A DNA stretch of 55,253 nt from Rhodothermales bacterium (GTDB lineage Bacteria; Bacteroidota; Rhodothermia; Rhodothermales; JAHQVL01). The position numbers and the translations under genes are program-made. The notes under the pieces were generated by a model. That model had not been told where the DNA came from. It searched no databases and worked only from the letters and a program-made list of their open reading frames with translations. Position 1 is the stretch's first letter. Every line of letters starts with the position of its first letter. The DNA is taken from positions 1-55,253 of the forward strand of contig JBGCEN010000057.1 of assembly GCA_045106435.1 (NCBI GenBank), written 5' to 3'. Positions 20,302-30,541 of this stretch are shown in pieces.

Positions 20302-20745
20302 TTGCGTATCATCGGAATTGATTATGGAAGAAAACGGGTTGGCCTCGCAATGGCCGATCCGTTTCGTATGTTTGCCCAAACGATTGGCACCTACACACCA
20401 AAGCATGCCATGAGAGAGCTTATTCGTATTAACGAAGAAAGCGGCATTGAACTAATTGTGATTGGATGGCCGCTCACCTTGGATGATGGCGAAAATGAGG
20501 TGACCCGTTTTGTGCAGGACTATATCTATCGCATCAAGAAAAAGCTTCGTGGAATTCCTGTTGTAAAATACGACGAACGATTTTCCTCAAGAAGAGCGAG
20601 TGCAGCGTTATTTGATGCAGGTGTAGGGAAAAAAGCACGTGGGAAAAAGGGCCGCCTGGATATGGCCGCCGCTGCCGTTATTTTGCAAGACTATTTAGAC
20701 GAGAAGAGGCCGATGGATAGCGAAGGAAACGAGGCCTTATTTTAA
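20302..20745 (+). CDS. ruvX: YqgF/RuvX-family RNase H-like nuclease (pre-16S rRNA processing)
   Basis: GIDYGRKRVGLA, IGWP, DERFSS, D..AAA.ILQDYL. Confidence 0.95.
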   Translation: MRIIGIDYGRKRVGLAMADPFRMFAQTIGTYTPKHAMRELIRINEESGIELIVIGWPLTLDDGENEVTRFVQDYIYRIKKKLRGIPVVKYDERFSSRRASAALFDAGVGKKARGKKGRLDMAAAAVILQDYLDEKRPMDSEGNEALF

Positions 20746-20788
20746 AGGTATACGACTTCTCAGTTATCTGGAGAGCACTGCAAAAATC

Positions 20789-21349
20789 ATGATTTTACCC
20801 ATATACGTTTATGGTGCGCCTATTCTAACACAGCGTACCATTGAGGTGACGGAAAATACACCTGAGCTTCAGCAATTGATCGACGACATGATCGAGACCA
20901 TGCACGGCGCTTCAGGTATTGGACTTGCGGCGCCCCAGATTGGCAGATCCGAACGGTTGTTTGTTGTAGATTTAAGCCCGATGGCGGAAGAAGAAGAGGC
21001 GGAGGAGATAAAACCTATGGTGTTTATTAATCCCGAAATCTACGATGAGAGTGAGGAGGATGAGGAATATGAAGAAGGATGTCTCTCAATTCCTGATATA
21101 AGAGAATACGTAGTGCGTCCGGAAGGAATCAGGATGAGGTATTTGGACCGTAATCTGGATAAACAAGATATAACAGCGGATGGAATGTTGGCCCGTGTGA
21201 TTCAGCATGAATTTGACCACCTGGATGGCGTGCTATTCCTTGACCACATCAGCTCATTCAAAAAAAGGTTGTTAAAGCGCCGGCTCAAAGAAATGGTTAA
21301 CGGAAAAGTCGAGGCTGACTATCCGGTTAAATTTGCCCATATCGTCTAA
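20789..21349 (+). CDS. def: Peptide deformylase
   Basis: GIGLAAPQIG, EGCLS, QHEFDHLDG. Confidence 0.99.
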   Translation: MILPIYVYGAPILTQRTIEVTENTPELQQLIDDMIETMHGASGIGLAAPQIGRSERLFVVDLSPMAEEEEAEEIKPMVFINPEIYDESEEDEEYEEGCLSIPDIREYVVRPEGIRMRYLDRNLDKQDITADGMLARVIQHEFDHLDGVLFLDHISSFKKRLLKRRLKEMVNGKVEADYPVKFAHIV

Positions 21350-21516
21350 ATAAAGGCAGTGCTAACTTCTCTAATTGCATGCTGTATGCATGAGCGTATC
21401 GAGATTTCGTGTCCGACGGCTTTCTTATATGCTTTGATTTGTTAAATTTGTGCGGCAGGGGTATCAACATCCATCAATTTCCCCTGCAGTTGTTCGACAC
21501 TCAATCTCCTCTAATC

Positions 21517-22572
21517 ATGAAGTATACCCCGCATTTTTTCCTCACGATATTAGCCGTAGCAATAATGAGTTTATTGCCGGCCCAGTCTGTGCAAGCGCAG
21601 TATGACTGGAAAGTACATGACTTGAATCGCCCCAGGCCCGAAATTGTAACACCGCCGGCGCAAGTACTCCCCGTGCCGCCACCACCCGATGCAGTTGTTT
21701 TGTTTGATGGTTCTGATCTCTCAGGCTGGGAAGCCGTTGATGGGAGCCCGACGAAGTGGGTGATCAAAAATGGAAATATGGAATCTGTCGCCGGCGCTGG
21801 ATACATACAATCCAAAGCAAAATTTGGTGATATGCACCTGCACGTGGAATGGGCGGCCCCGTTGCCAGTAAAAGGGCATAGTCAGGGGAGAGGGAATAGC
21901 GGTGTTTTCTTAATGGGTATGTATGAAGTGCAGGTCCTGGATTCTTATGATAACCCAACTTATGCAGACGGGCAGGCCGGCGCTATCTACGGGCAATATC
22001 CGCCGATGGTGAACGCAAGCCGGCCCCCTGGTGAGTGGCAGGCATACGATATTTATTGGCACCGTCCACGGTTTGGTACGGCCGGTAACGTGATTTCGCC
22101 TGCACGGGTTACGGTGATACACAACGGCATCATGATTCATGACGGTGTTGAACCATGGGGGACAACAGATTGGCTGCAATACAGTCCTTACAAGCAGCAT
22201 GCAGACCGCTTGCCTTTGCGTTTTCAAGATCATGGTAATCCTGTACTATTTCGAAATGTTTGGGCGAGAGACCTGGAGAAAGAAGTACGACGCACCATGC
22301 CTCCTCAGATAAGCATGGATGCTGAAATGCTTGATCGTTATGTCGGCAGCTATGCGTATGGGAACAATACGTATGAAATATCCAGAAATGGGCAAGATAT
22401 GATGGCCCAGATTAACGGACGGACGTTCTATATCGTGCCGCAGTCCCCGACAAAGTTTTTGATGAGAAATACCTCTGGATCATTCACATTCGACCTGGAT
22501 GTGAATGGCAAGCCAACGGATGTGCTTTGGGAAATGAGTGGTTCTCGCCAGGAAGCTAAACGCGTAAAGTAA
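21517..22572 (+). CDS. Secreted DUF1080 (3-keto-disaccharide hydrolase family) protein with a DUF3471-like C-terminal domain
   Basis: Signal peptide ..VQA-Q; LFDGSDLSGW, GNSGVF, YEVQVLDS, GEWQ.YDI, FQDHGNPV.FRN.W; then LDRYVGSY domain. Confidence 0.85.
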   Translation: MKYTPHFFLTILAVAIMSLLPAQSVQAQYDWKVHDLNRPRPEIVTPPAQVLPVPPPPDAVVLFDGSDLSGWEAVDGSPTKWVIKNGNMESVAGAGYIQSKAKFGDMHLHVEWAAPLPVKGHSQGRGNSGVFLMGMYEVQVLDSYDNPTYADGQAGAIYGQYPPMVNASRPPGEWQAYDIYWHRPRFGTAGNVISPARVTVIHNGIMIHDGVEPWGTTDWLQYSPYKQHADRLPLRFQDHGNPVLFRNVWARDLEKEVRRTMPPQISMDAEMLDRYVGSYAYGNNTYEISRNGQDMMAQINGRTFYIVPQSPTKFLMRNTSGSFTFDLDVNGKPTDVLWEMSGSRQEAKRVK

Positions 22573-22592
22573 ACTGCTATTTTCAAGCGCAG

Positions 22593-22641
22593 CGGCTATG
22601 CACGTGTGAAAAGATACATTGCATGTGCATAGCTGTTTTTT
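22593..22641 (+). terminator. Intrinsic terminator
   Basis: CGGCTATGCAC...GTGCATAGCTG stem followed by TTTTTT. Confidence 0.75.
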
Positions 22642-22704
22642 GGGTAGATATGGCGTAATTTTTACTTGTGTGGAGATGCTGATCCCGGTAAGCTGAGATC
22701 TTGC

Positions 22705-23223
22705 CTACACTTCTACAGGATCAAGTTCTATCAGAAGGTCGCCTTTAGCAACTGGGTCGCCAGGGGACACGTGAATTTTTTTTATGATACTCTCGGCGGA
22801 CGCCTTGATTTCGTTCTCCATTTTCATGGCCTCCAGAACAATTAATCCGCTGCCTTCATTTACTTCTTGATTGTTTTGTACAAGGATATCTAGCACAAGA
22901 CCTGGCATCGGGGCTCTTACTTCTCTTTCAACTGATTTTTGGCTATCCGCGATGCCGTATAATTCGAGCAGTTGATCTCTTTCGTCCTGAACAACGACTT
23001 TCTGCTGGATTCCGTTTACTGTGAGCGTACAGATATTGGCGTCAAGTGACTCTAAAAATATCTTGTAAGGTTTATTGTTTATAACAACAACATACGTACT
23101 GGCTGAAAGCTGCTCTACGACAGGGTTTGTACTGTTTCCTTCAATTGAAATACCTTCCCGGTCTATTACGAGATCAATCTGCTTTTCGTCAATCAGTATT
23201 TTGTATGCGTGAGGCCGGGCCAT
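22705..23223 (-). CDS. Biotin carboxyl carrier (biotinyl domain) protein of an acyl-CoA carboxylase
   Basis: APMPGLV and EAMKMENE biotinylation motif; start taken at ATG 23223. Confidence 0.93.
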   Translation of the reverse strand: MARPHAYKILIDEKQIDLVIDREGISIEGNSTNPVVEQLSASTYVVVINNKPYKIFLESLDANICTLTVNGIQQKVVVQDERDQLLELYGIADSQKSVEREVRAPMPGLVLDILVQNNQEVNEGSGLIVLEAMKMENEIKASAESIIKKIHVSPGDPVAKGDLLIELDPVEV

Positions 23224-23265
23224 ATAATCTTTAAGTCTTGACGTAAAATTAGACGCTGAAATTGG

Positions 23266-23865
23266 ATGATGCATAACAGGCTGACACCTGAAATGTTGCT
23301 GTACGGCTATCAAATTGGTGCTTTCCCTATGGCGGAAGACAGAGATAGTGATGCCGTACAATGGTTTGCACCTGATCCGAGGGCAGTATTACCTCTAGAT
23401 GATTTTCATGTATCCAAGACGTTAGCAAAACTTGTTCGTCAAAACAAATTTGAAATAGCTACAGATAGAGATTTTGAAGGCGTAATGCACGCTTGCGCTG
23501 AACGCAATGAGACATGGATCTCTGATGAGATCATTCGCTCCTATGTGGCATTACATGAGATGGGTTATGCGCATACCATTGAGTGCTGGCGCGCCGGCCA
23601 AATGGTTGGTGGACTGTATGGCGTTGCTATCGGAGGTGCGTTTTTTGGAGAATCTATGTTTCACCGTGAAAGAGATGCATCGAAGGTTGCACTGGTTCAT
23701 CTGGTGCGATGTTTGAATGAAAATGGCTACGTGTTACTCGATACGCAGTTCACCACCTCGCATCTTGAAAAATTTGGTGTAATAGAAATTCCTCGGATGG
23801 ACTATGAAAAGCAGCTGGAAGTAGCGTTGCAAAAGCAGGTTAAGCCGTGGAAGCTTCCACTTTAG
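23266..23865 (+). CDS. aat: Leucyl/phenylalanyl-tRNA--protein transferase
   Basis: GAFPM, WFAPDPR, GGLYGV..GGAFFGESMF, DASKVAL, LDTQ. Confidence 0.96.
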   Translation: MMHNRLTPEMLLYGYQIGAFPMAEDRDSDAVQWFAPDPRAVLPLDDFHVSKTLAKLVRQNKFEIATDRDFEGVMHACAERNETWISDEIIRSYVALHEMGYAHTIECWRAGQMVGGLYGVAIGGAFFGESMFHRERDASKVALVHLVRCLNENGYVLLDTQFTTSHLEKFGVIEIPRMDYEKQLEVALQKQVKPWKLPL

Positions 23866-23930
23866 CACCAGTCTGTCTAAACACCAAGTCCTTTTAAGCC
23901 GTTTTATATAACCTTCTTGCTTCAGTACAC

Positions 23931-24881
23931 ATGCGCAGTTCTCTCGTGAAATCATATTTGCCAATAAAAAAGGGTCGTTTTGGTGTTTTGCTGATAAGTG
24001 CGACCATCGTATTGTTCGGGTGTAATCCCTCTGGCAGTACACAACAGCACACGCCTGCAAAACAGGATGTCGTAAAGACCATTGCGTTACCCGCTGATAC
24101 CACTGGGCAAATTTTTAAAGACCTGATGGGTATCGCTAAAGAAAAGGGATGGCATCAGGAAGAACTGGGGCAGCTGATGACGCAAGTGGGTAGCTGGTTT
24201 AGTGGGAAGCCCTATGCTGCTGGTACACTCGATGCGCCGGCTTATGAGCAACTTGTTATAAAGCTTGATGGATTTGATTGCGTCACCTTTGTAGAGTCTG
24301 TTCTGGCGCTATCCAGAACGATTAAAGACCAGTCTTATGATTATGAGACGTTTATAGCGCACATGCGTGCACAGCGATATCGGGATGGGGTGCTTGATGG
24401 GTATTGTAGCCGACTCCACTATTTCTCTGAATGGATACTGGACAATGAAACGCGGGGTAACGTTCGAAATATCACCCATGATGTTGGTGGGGTAAAACTC
24501 GATAAGCAACTCAATTTCATGAGTAGTCACCGCGGCAGCTATGCGCCATTGATCGATGACAGTTTGTATGCGGGAATTATTGCAGTGGAAGAAAAACTAA
24601 AAACGTTTCAAATGTACTACATCCCGCAATCCGATATATCCACGGTTTATAATCAGTTAGCAGCCGGCGATATTATCGCACTTGCTACAGATATTGGCGG
24701 CCTTGATGTTGCGCACACGGGTCTTGTCTATAAACACCCAGAGGGAGGCGCCGGGTTATTACATGCCTCTACTGCCAGGGGTGTTGTAGTTTCGCCAGAT
24801 CTTCAAGCGTATGTAGAGAACAATAAGCGCCAGATTGGCATTGTGATAGCTCGCCCACTAGAAGTACCGGATATCGATTGA
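23931..24881 (+). CDS. DUF1460 N-acetylmuramoyl-L-alanine amidase-like (NlpC/P60-related) lipoprotein
   Basis: Lipobox LFG-C; FDCVTFVE, SRLHYFSEW, GLDVAHTG, LLHAS motifs. Confidence 0.88.
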   Translation: MRSSLVKSYLPIKKGRFGVLLISATIVLFGCNPSGSTQQHTPAKQDVVKTIALPADTTGQIFKDLMGIAKEKGWHQEELGQLMTQVGSWFSGKPYAAGTLDAPAYEQLVIKLDGFDCVTFVESVLALSRTIKDQSYDYETFIAHMRAQRYRDGVLDGYCSRLHYFSEWILDNETRGNVRNITHDVGGVKLDKQLNFMSSHRGSYAPLIDDSLYAGIIAVEEKLKTFQMYYIPQSDISTVYNQLAAGDIIALATDIGGLDVAHTGLVYKHPEGGAGLLHASTARGVVVSPDLQAYVENNKRQIGIVIARPLEVPDID

Positions 24882-24950
24882 TAGTAACCGAATTGTGAAA
24901 TTCGAATCACCCAATCCCACACCACGATATTCGGAAATTACAATTGTACT

Positions 24951-25934
24951 ATGGACGCGTTAAACAGAGTTGCTGTATATACAAGTGGAGGGGATGCGCC
25001 TGGCATGAATGCGTGCCTCCGTGCTGCTGTGCGAACTGCATTGTCTCATGATCTTGAAGTGATTGGCATTCGCAGAGGATATGCCGGCATGATCGAAGGC
25101 GATTTTGCTGAAATGGATGCACGATCTGTCTCTAACATCTTGCAGATGGGGGGCACCATTTTAAAAAGTGCGCGATCTGATGAATTCAGAACCTCTGAAG
25201 GCAGAGCAAAAGCGGCCGAGATGTTAAAGAAGGCCGAGATTGATGCCTTGATTGGCATTGGTGGTGACGGCTCCCTCAAAGGTGCTGCTCTATTCCATGA
25301 AGAACACGGCATTCCAGTAATTGGTTGTCCGGGGACGATTGATAACGATCTCTTCGGGACAGATGAAACCATTGGTTATGATACAGCACTGAATACGGCT
25401 CTGGAAAGCATTGATAGAATTCGGGATACAGCTGATGCGCATAATCGCTTGTTTTTGATTGAGGTGATGGGACGAGATTCCGGATTTATTGCGTTGAACT
25501 GTGCCGTTGCGGGAGGCGCAGAGATGGTGCTTGTGCCTGAAACGCTCACAGATGTTGATTCTGTAAAAGATCGTATCAATTCTTTAATGTCCGCCCAGGC
25601 CAGGTCTTCGATCGTTATAGTAGCAGAGGGTGAAGATTTTGGTGGAGCGACAAGAATTGCTGAAGCCTTGAAAGGAGATCGTACATTTGATGCGATTGAC
25701 CTTAAGGTATGCATTCTTGGGCACACACAGCGCGGTGGGTCTCCCAACGCCAGAGATCGGGTATTGGCAAGTCGACTCGGGTCCCACGCAGTAGAAGCCC
25801 TGTTGGAGGGGCATACAAGCGTAATGGTGGGTATAGTAAATAACGAGATTAAACTTACGCCGATGCGTAATGTATGGAGCCGTAAAAAGAACATTGATTA
25901 TGAGCTTTTAAGGCTTACAGAATTACTTTCTTAG
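24951..25934 (+). CDS. pfkA: ATP-dependent 6-phosphofructokinase
   Basis: TSGGDAPGMNA, GGDGS, TIDND, EVMGR, LGHTQRGG. Confidence 0.98.
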   Translation: MDALNRVAVYTSGGDAPGMNACLRAAVRTALSHDLEVIGIRRGYAGMIEGDFAEMDARSVSNILQMGGTILKSARSDEFRTSEGRAKAAEMLKKAEIDALIGIGGDGSLKGAALFHEEHGIPVIGCPGTIDNDLFGTDETIGYDTALNTALESIDRIRDTADAHNRLFLIEVMGRDSGFIALNCAVAGGAEMVLVPETLTDVDSVKDRINSLMSAQARSSIVIVAEGEDFGGATRIAEALKGDRTFDAIDLKVCILGHTQRGGSPNARDRVLASRLGSHAVEALLEGHTSVMVGIVNNEIKLTPMRNVWSRKKNIDYELLRLTELLS

Positions 25935-25967
25935 GAACGTTGAGATTTTAGTTTGAAGGAGCGCGAG

Positions 25968-26702
25968 ATGAAACACTATCCACCAATTGGCGAAGTAAAA
26001 GGTAAGAAGCAGGAAATCGCGTTAATGTTTGACGCAGTAGCCCCTCGTTACGATTTGTTGAACAGGGTGCTGAGTGGGGGAATAGACCGCAGTTGGCGCA
26101 CTGCGGCAGTAAAATGGCTTGCCCCACATAACCCGAAACGTATCCTGGATCTTGCAACAGGTACCGCAGATCTTGCCATTGAGGCGAACAAACTTCAGCC
26201 GGAAAAAATCATTGGCGTAGATATCGCTGAAGAAATGCTGAAGTTGGGCAGAGAAAAACTTAAACGACTTGGGCTCGACGACCGAATTACTTTGCAGAGT
26301 GGAGATGCGGAGAAGTTGCCATTTTCAGATTCGCAATTTGACGCGGCGATGGTAGCATTTGGGGTGCGTAATTTTGAAAACCTGCAACGGGGCCTCAAGG
26401 AAATTCGCCGTGTGCTAAAGCCCGGTGGTGCATTGGTAGTTTTAGAATTCAGCCGGCCTACAGCCTTTCCAGTCAAGCAGTTTTACAATTTCTATAGCAA
26501 AGTAATTATGCCCAATATTGGCAGGCTCTTTTCGTCTGCGAGCGGGGCTTATAAATATTTGCCGGAGTCCATTGCCGCATTTCCTGATGGGAAAGACTTT
26601 TTGGAAGCGTTGAACAAGGCGGGATATCAGGGGGAGGAGGTGAAAAAGCTTACCTTTGGTGTGGCATCCCTTTACAAAGGAATCGTTCCTGCCAAAAAAT
26701 AG
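25968..26702 (+). CDS. menG: Demethylmenaquinone methyltransferase (UbiE/MenG)
   Basis: MFDAVAPRYDLLN, LDLATGTAD, AFGVRN, YLPESI; AAGGAG just upstream of ATG 25968. Confidence 0.95.
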   Translation: MKHYPPIGEVKGKKQEIALMFDAVAPRYDLLNRVLSGGIDRSWRTAAVKWLAPHNPKRILDLATGTADLAIEANKLQPEKIIGVDIAEEMLKLGREKLKRLGLDDRITLQSGDAEKLPFSDSQFDAAMVAFGVRNFENLQRGLKEIRRVLKPGGALVVLEFSRPTAFPVKQFYNFYSKVIMPNIGRLFSSASGAYKYLPESIAAFPDGKDFLEALNKAGYQGEEVKKLTFGVASLYKGIVPAKK

Positions 26703-26774
26703 GTGTGGGACTGAATAGTGGTCTATTCTGTTTTATGTACAGGGTGCGTTGTTTATTAACGTATCTCGGAAGAT

Positions 26775-27227
26775 TTAGCGACCATTCTTAACGTGGCTGT
26801 TCAGGTATTTAGTTAGACGCACTTCATTGACTTTGCCCTGGCTTGAGTATTCTACATGATCCATGAGCCGGCGCATAATATGCACGCCAAATCCACCTGC
26901 TTGCCGGCGTTTGGCTAGCTCGAAAATATCGGGTTCATTGTATTCCTTGGGGCGAAAAGCCACGCCTTTATCTAGAATGCAGATCGTACATCGATCTGAT
27001 TCCACGATGACTTTTATATTCAGCTTATGTGAATCATCGCCGCTGTAGGCATGCTTGATCACATTGGTACATGCTTCATCAACAGCAACCTTGAATTGCT
27101 CAACCGATTCAGTATTGAAGCCGGCTTGCACCGTATGCTTCTCTATGAATCGACGCACATCCTCCAGGTAGCGTGTCGAACTCGGGATGGATAATTTGTA
27201 GGATGAACTAGCCACGGGGATAGTCAT
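26775..27227 (-). CDS. Anti-sigma factor / Ser kinase (RsbW/SpoIIAB-like, HATPase_c_2)
   Basis: VDEACTNVIKHAY, D.G..F, GGFGVHIMRRLMD. Confidence 0.93.
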   Translation of the reverse strand: MTIPVASSSYKLSIPSSTRYLEDVRRFIEKHTVQAGFNTESVEQFKVAVDEACTNVIKHAYSGDDSHKLNIKVIVESDRCTICILDKGVAFRPKEYNEPDIFELAKRRQAGGFGVHIMRRLMDHVEYSSQGKVNEVRLTKYLNSHVKNGR

Positions 27228-27268
27228 GTGTTTGGTTACAGAGGCAGTTGTAAATCGAAAAAATCATC

Positions 27269-27637
27269 TTATTCAGCAGTTTGCTGTGTATCAAATTTTT
27301 CGATGGCTTCTTCCTCTGTGTCAACGATATCAAAAAGCATAGGAAATCCTAGCAAATCGAATACGTTGAAAACCTTTGGTTGAAGCGCCGCAATCTTAAT
27401 ATCTCCGCCATTAGCCCTCAAATCCTCTATATAGGCCATGAAGACACCAAGGCCCGCACTTGATATATAGTTCAGATTAGTCCCGTTTACTACAATCTGG
27501 TAGACACTGTCATCCTGACATTTCTTTATCGCAGCTTCCAATTCCGAAGCTGTGTGGGCATCTAATTCGCCTTTAAGATCCAATACGTTAACCGAATTTA
27601 ACGATCGGAATCCAACAGAAAAACTACTCATGTTCAC
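27269..27637 (-). CDS. STAS anti-anti-sigma factor (RsbV/SpoIIAA-like)
   Basis: GELDAHTA, YISSAGLG (phospho-Ser motif), VFDLLG. Confidence 0.94.
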   Translation of the reverse strand: MNMSSFSVGFRSLNSVNVLDLKGELDAHTASELEAAIKKCQDDSVYQIVVNGTNLNYISSAGLGVFMAYIEDLRANGGDIKIAALQPKVFNVFDLLGFPMLFDIVDTEEEAIEKFDTQQTAE

Positions 27638-27675
27638 ACTCTTTATAATGCACTTTGGTAAAAATCAAAATGTTG

Positions 27676-29922
27676 TTACTTGACTTCCTGCTCAATTTGA
27701 GCAGGCTGTTCCTTTAAGTTTTTTGTCTTCTTTACAGAAGGCGTTAGATGAATGCCATTCCACTTTAGCACAACTAAAGTCATGTCGTCATCATAGGCTT
27801 CTGCTTCTAAAAAGGTATGCAAATCAGCAAGCAGGGCATCATGGATACCGCTCGCATCCTCGTGGCGGTGCTGTTTGAGCGCCTCTAGCAAGCGGTCGTA
27901 CCCATATTCCTCGCCTTCGCTGTCTCTGCTTTCTACCACACCATCTGTGTAAAGAACAAAGACATCGCCAGGACGAAGAGAAATCCGCTCTTCTTCTAAT
28001 GTTTTTTCAAAAAGTTTGCCACGATCCAGTCCCAGGCCCATCCCCGAAGGGCGTAAATATCGCGCGTTACCCGATAAATCAATCATGGCAACAGGGCAAT
28101 GGCCGGCTCTTCCAGTCACGAATTCCTCTTTTTCCAGGTCCAAAATGCCGTAGATCAAAGAGATAAAGACATTTTTATCTAGAGAATGTGCAAGAGCAGC
28201 ATTGGCATGTTTTAGAAACTCTGCCGGATTTGGCGCGAGGCGAGATACTGATTGAAAGATGCCTTTCATTTCAGCCATATAAAAAGCTGCAGAAGCACCT
28301 TTGCCCGATACGTCTCCAATAACGAGACAAAGTCGATCATCATCCAGCACCAGAAAATCGTAATAGTCTCCGCCAACCCGTTCTGCGGATACGTTTGATG
28401 CAGCGATGGTGAGACCGTCGATAGATGGTACGCTTTGCGGCAAGAGCTTGCGCTGGACTTCTCTTGCGATATCAAGTTCTCGGGCGAGCCGTTCTTTTTC
28501 TATTTGCTCTTCAAAGAGTCTCGCATTATCCATTGCGATAGCGGCTTGCGCTGCATACACCGTAATGGCATCAATATCATCTTGTTCAAATCCCTGGGTA
28601 ACGTCTTTGGTTACAAACAGGATGCCGAGAGTTTCTTCACGTGCAATGAGAGGCACCACAAGCATGCTACCAAAACCGTCTCCAGGACGAACGCTCAAGC
28701 GGTGATCCGCTGCAGCTTCTCCGAGGTAGATATGCGACTGTGTTGCAGATACATCAGCAAAGAGAGCAGCCGTGTCAACCAGTCGATTTACCCGGCCCGG
28801 TGTTACCTTGTTTGTAGCGACAATATGGGGCGTGAGCGAACCTGATTGTGGGTCTGCAACAGCAAGCCAGGATGCCTGTGCTGAGCCAGCTTCAACAGGA
28901 GATGCTGCAATTTTTGCGTAGAGTTTTTCTGGATCGGAGGCCTGATTAATCAGATCCGTCAACGAGTGCATAACAGCCCGCTCATGTTCTTTCCGCTGGA
29001 AATCACCCGTTGTTGGCAAGTGAAAAAGGAGCAAGAGCAGAGAAGCAGTGCTATAGAGCACTCCAAATCCAATTCCCAGCATGACAAAGATGTTCAGTCC
29101 GTAATTATAAAAACGGATGTACGTAAACATGTCTTGCAGGAACGGGGAGGGATTGGGAAAAGGGCCGGCATCGATGCTGCTGAGCAAGAATATCAATAAG
29201 AGGGTAGAAAGACTGATACTAATCAGCTTTTCCTTAAAGTTCAGGTACACAATCCAGGATGCCCGAAGTGAGTTAACAACCATTAACCCAAGTGGTGGAA
29301 TGAGGGCAATAGATTGAAAGATGCCCGGGTCTTCCTGGGGCGACTTCATGAAGAAGGTCAACGATGCAATGATCATCGCTCCGATCATCAGATACCAGTT
29401 GCGTTGGGCCGTTTTTGTACGTTTAAACAGGACCAGATCCCTGATCCTGAAGATCATGTACATCGTGAAAATCAGCGCAAAAAAACTGAGAAAGGTAGAT
29501 TTGATGATTGTCGTTATAACCAGCGGAGCGCCTGTGTTATAATCAAATTCATCAACGGCATCAAAAATATCGATGAGTTCTGCATCCCTGCCAAATGAGG
29601 TGAGCGGGATTGCAGCGGAGATGAAAAGCACGCCCAATAGCAACATCGTCCAAAATACGCGGGCCGGCGAAGCTGTTCTGGATTTATAACGTTGGGCAAG
29701 CAGGGTCCAGAGGCAGGCAAATCCTAAAGCGATGACAATGTTGTAGATGAAGTAGAATGAACCACTAACGGGTTCTTCGGAATTCATCGCAATAAATTGG
29801 TAGAAGAAGCCGTACCCAAAAGATACAATGCCTAGTGCCAGCAGTATCACATGCCCTAACCGCGAGCCTACTGATAAGGCACGCAATCGATCAGAAATGT
29901 TTTCGGGTGATAATACAGGCAT
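27676..29922 (-). CDS. Membrane-bound GAF + SpoIIE/PP2C phosphatase (RsbU-like)
   Basis: About 8 N-terminal TM helices, GAF (VVPLIARE..LGIL), VGGDYYD, IGDVSGKG, AGH, YTDGVVE, DDMT. Confidence 0.93.
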   Translation of the reverse strand: MPVLSPENISDRLRALSVGSRLGHVILLALGIVSFGYGFFYQFIAMNSEEPVSGSFYFIYNIVIALGFACLWTLLAQRYKSRTASPARVFWTMLLLGVLFISAAIPLTSFGRDAELIDIFDAVDEFDYNTGAPLVITTIIKSTFLSFFALIFTMYMIFRIRDLVLFKRTKTAQRNWYLMIGAMIIASLTFFMKSPQEDPGIFQSIALIPPLGLMVVNSLRASWIVYLNFKEKLISISLSTLLLIFLLSSIDAGPFPNPSPFLQDMFTYIRFYNYGLNIFVMLGIGFGVLYSTASLLLLLFHLPTTGDFQRKEHERAVMHSLTDLINQASDPEKLYAKIAASPVEAGSAQASWLAVADPQSGSLTPHIVATNKVTPGRVNRLVDTAALFADVSATQSHIYLGEAAADHRLSVRPGDGFGSMLVVPLIAREETLGILFVTKDVTQGFEQDDIDAITVYAAQAAIAMDNARLFEEQIEKERLARELDIAREVQRKLLPQSVPSIDGLTIAASNVSAERVGGDYYDFLVLDDDRLCLVIGDVSGKGASAAFYMAEMKGIFQSVSRLAPNPAEFLKHANAALAHSLDKNVFISLIYGILDLEKEEFVTGRAGHCPVAMIDLSGNARYLRPSGMGLGLDRGKLFEKTLEEERISLRPGDVFVLYTDGVVESRDSEGEEYGYDRLLEALKQHRHEDASGIHDALLADLHTFLEAEAYDDDMTLVVLKWNGIHLTPSVKKTKNLKEQPAQIEQEVK

Positions 29923-30541
29923 TCGCCGTGGACAAGCTGCTTTGTAGCCGCAATATGAGGCAGTTGGCGGGTTCTTAGGCCGGCTGCCTCAAGTTTGAAA
30001 GACCACTGGTAGTACTGTTGCTGCAACTATTTGTTACAGCTTTGGCCTATTTACTAAAAGCGTAAAGTTACACAATCCCTGAACCTTCTGCACCATATTC
30101 CTTTATGAAGCAATGAATTTATCCTCATGCTTTTTAAGTTCTATCGATGAATGGGTAGACAAGGTGTTGAAATCATACCAAGGGTACAATGAACCGCATG
30201 ATATAGTTACCTTATTCTAAACGTAGTCTTCGATATCTTGCTGAATTATCTGGCCTGTTCAGTCTATTGGTACGAGACTTGTTTCACACACTTTGTGCCC
30301 TTTCCATGCTTTGTTCCATTGTTCGTGGGGCTGAAATTCAACAAGTCGATTATATTGCGCCTGGCATACAAGAATCGATCGTAGATATAAAGCAGAATTG
30401 GCATAGAAAAATACTGCCTTAAATAGTAACTTAGCATAGATTCTACCGTAGAAGCCCCTTTGATGAAAAGAGAGAACGATCAAGCAGGATCGCATGCGTT
30501 AAAAACCGCTTGATAACATTTTTGTAAACACGATTATTTTT

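Noticed and set aside
30259-30495. 78-aa minus-strand ORF in the divergent spacer
   Set aside because: No recognisable motif and low coding-like composition; the region is more plausibly promoter DNA
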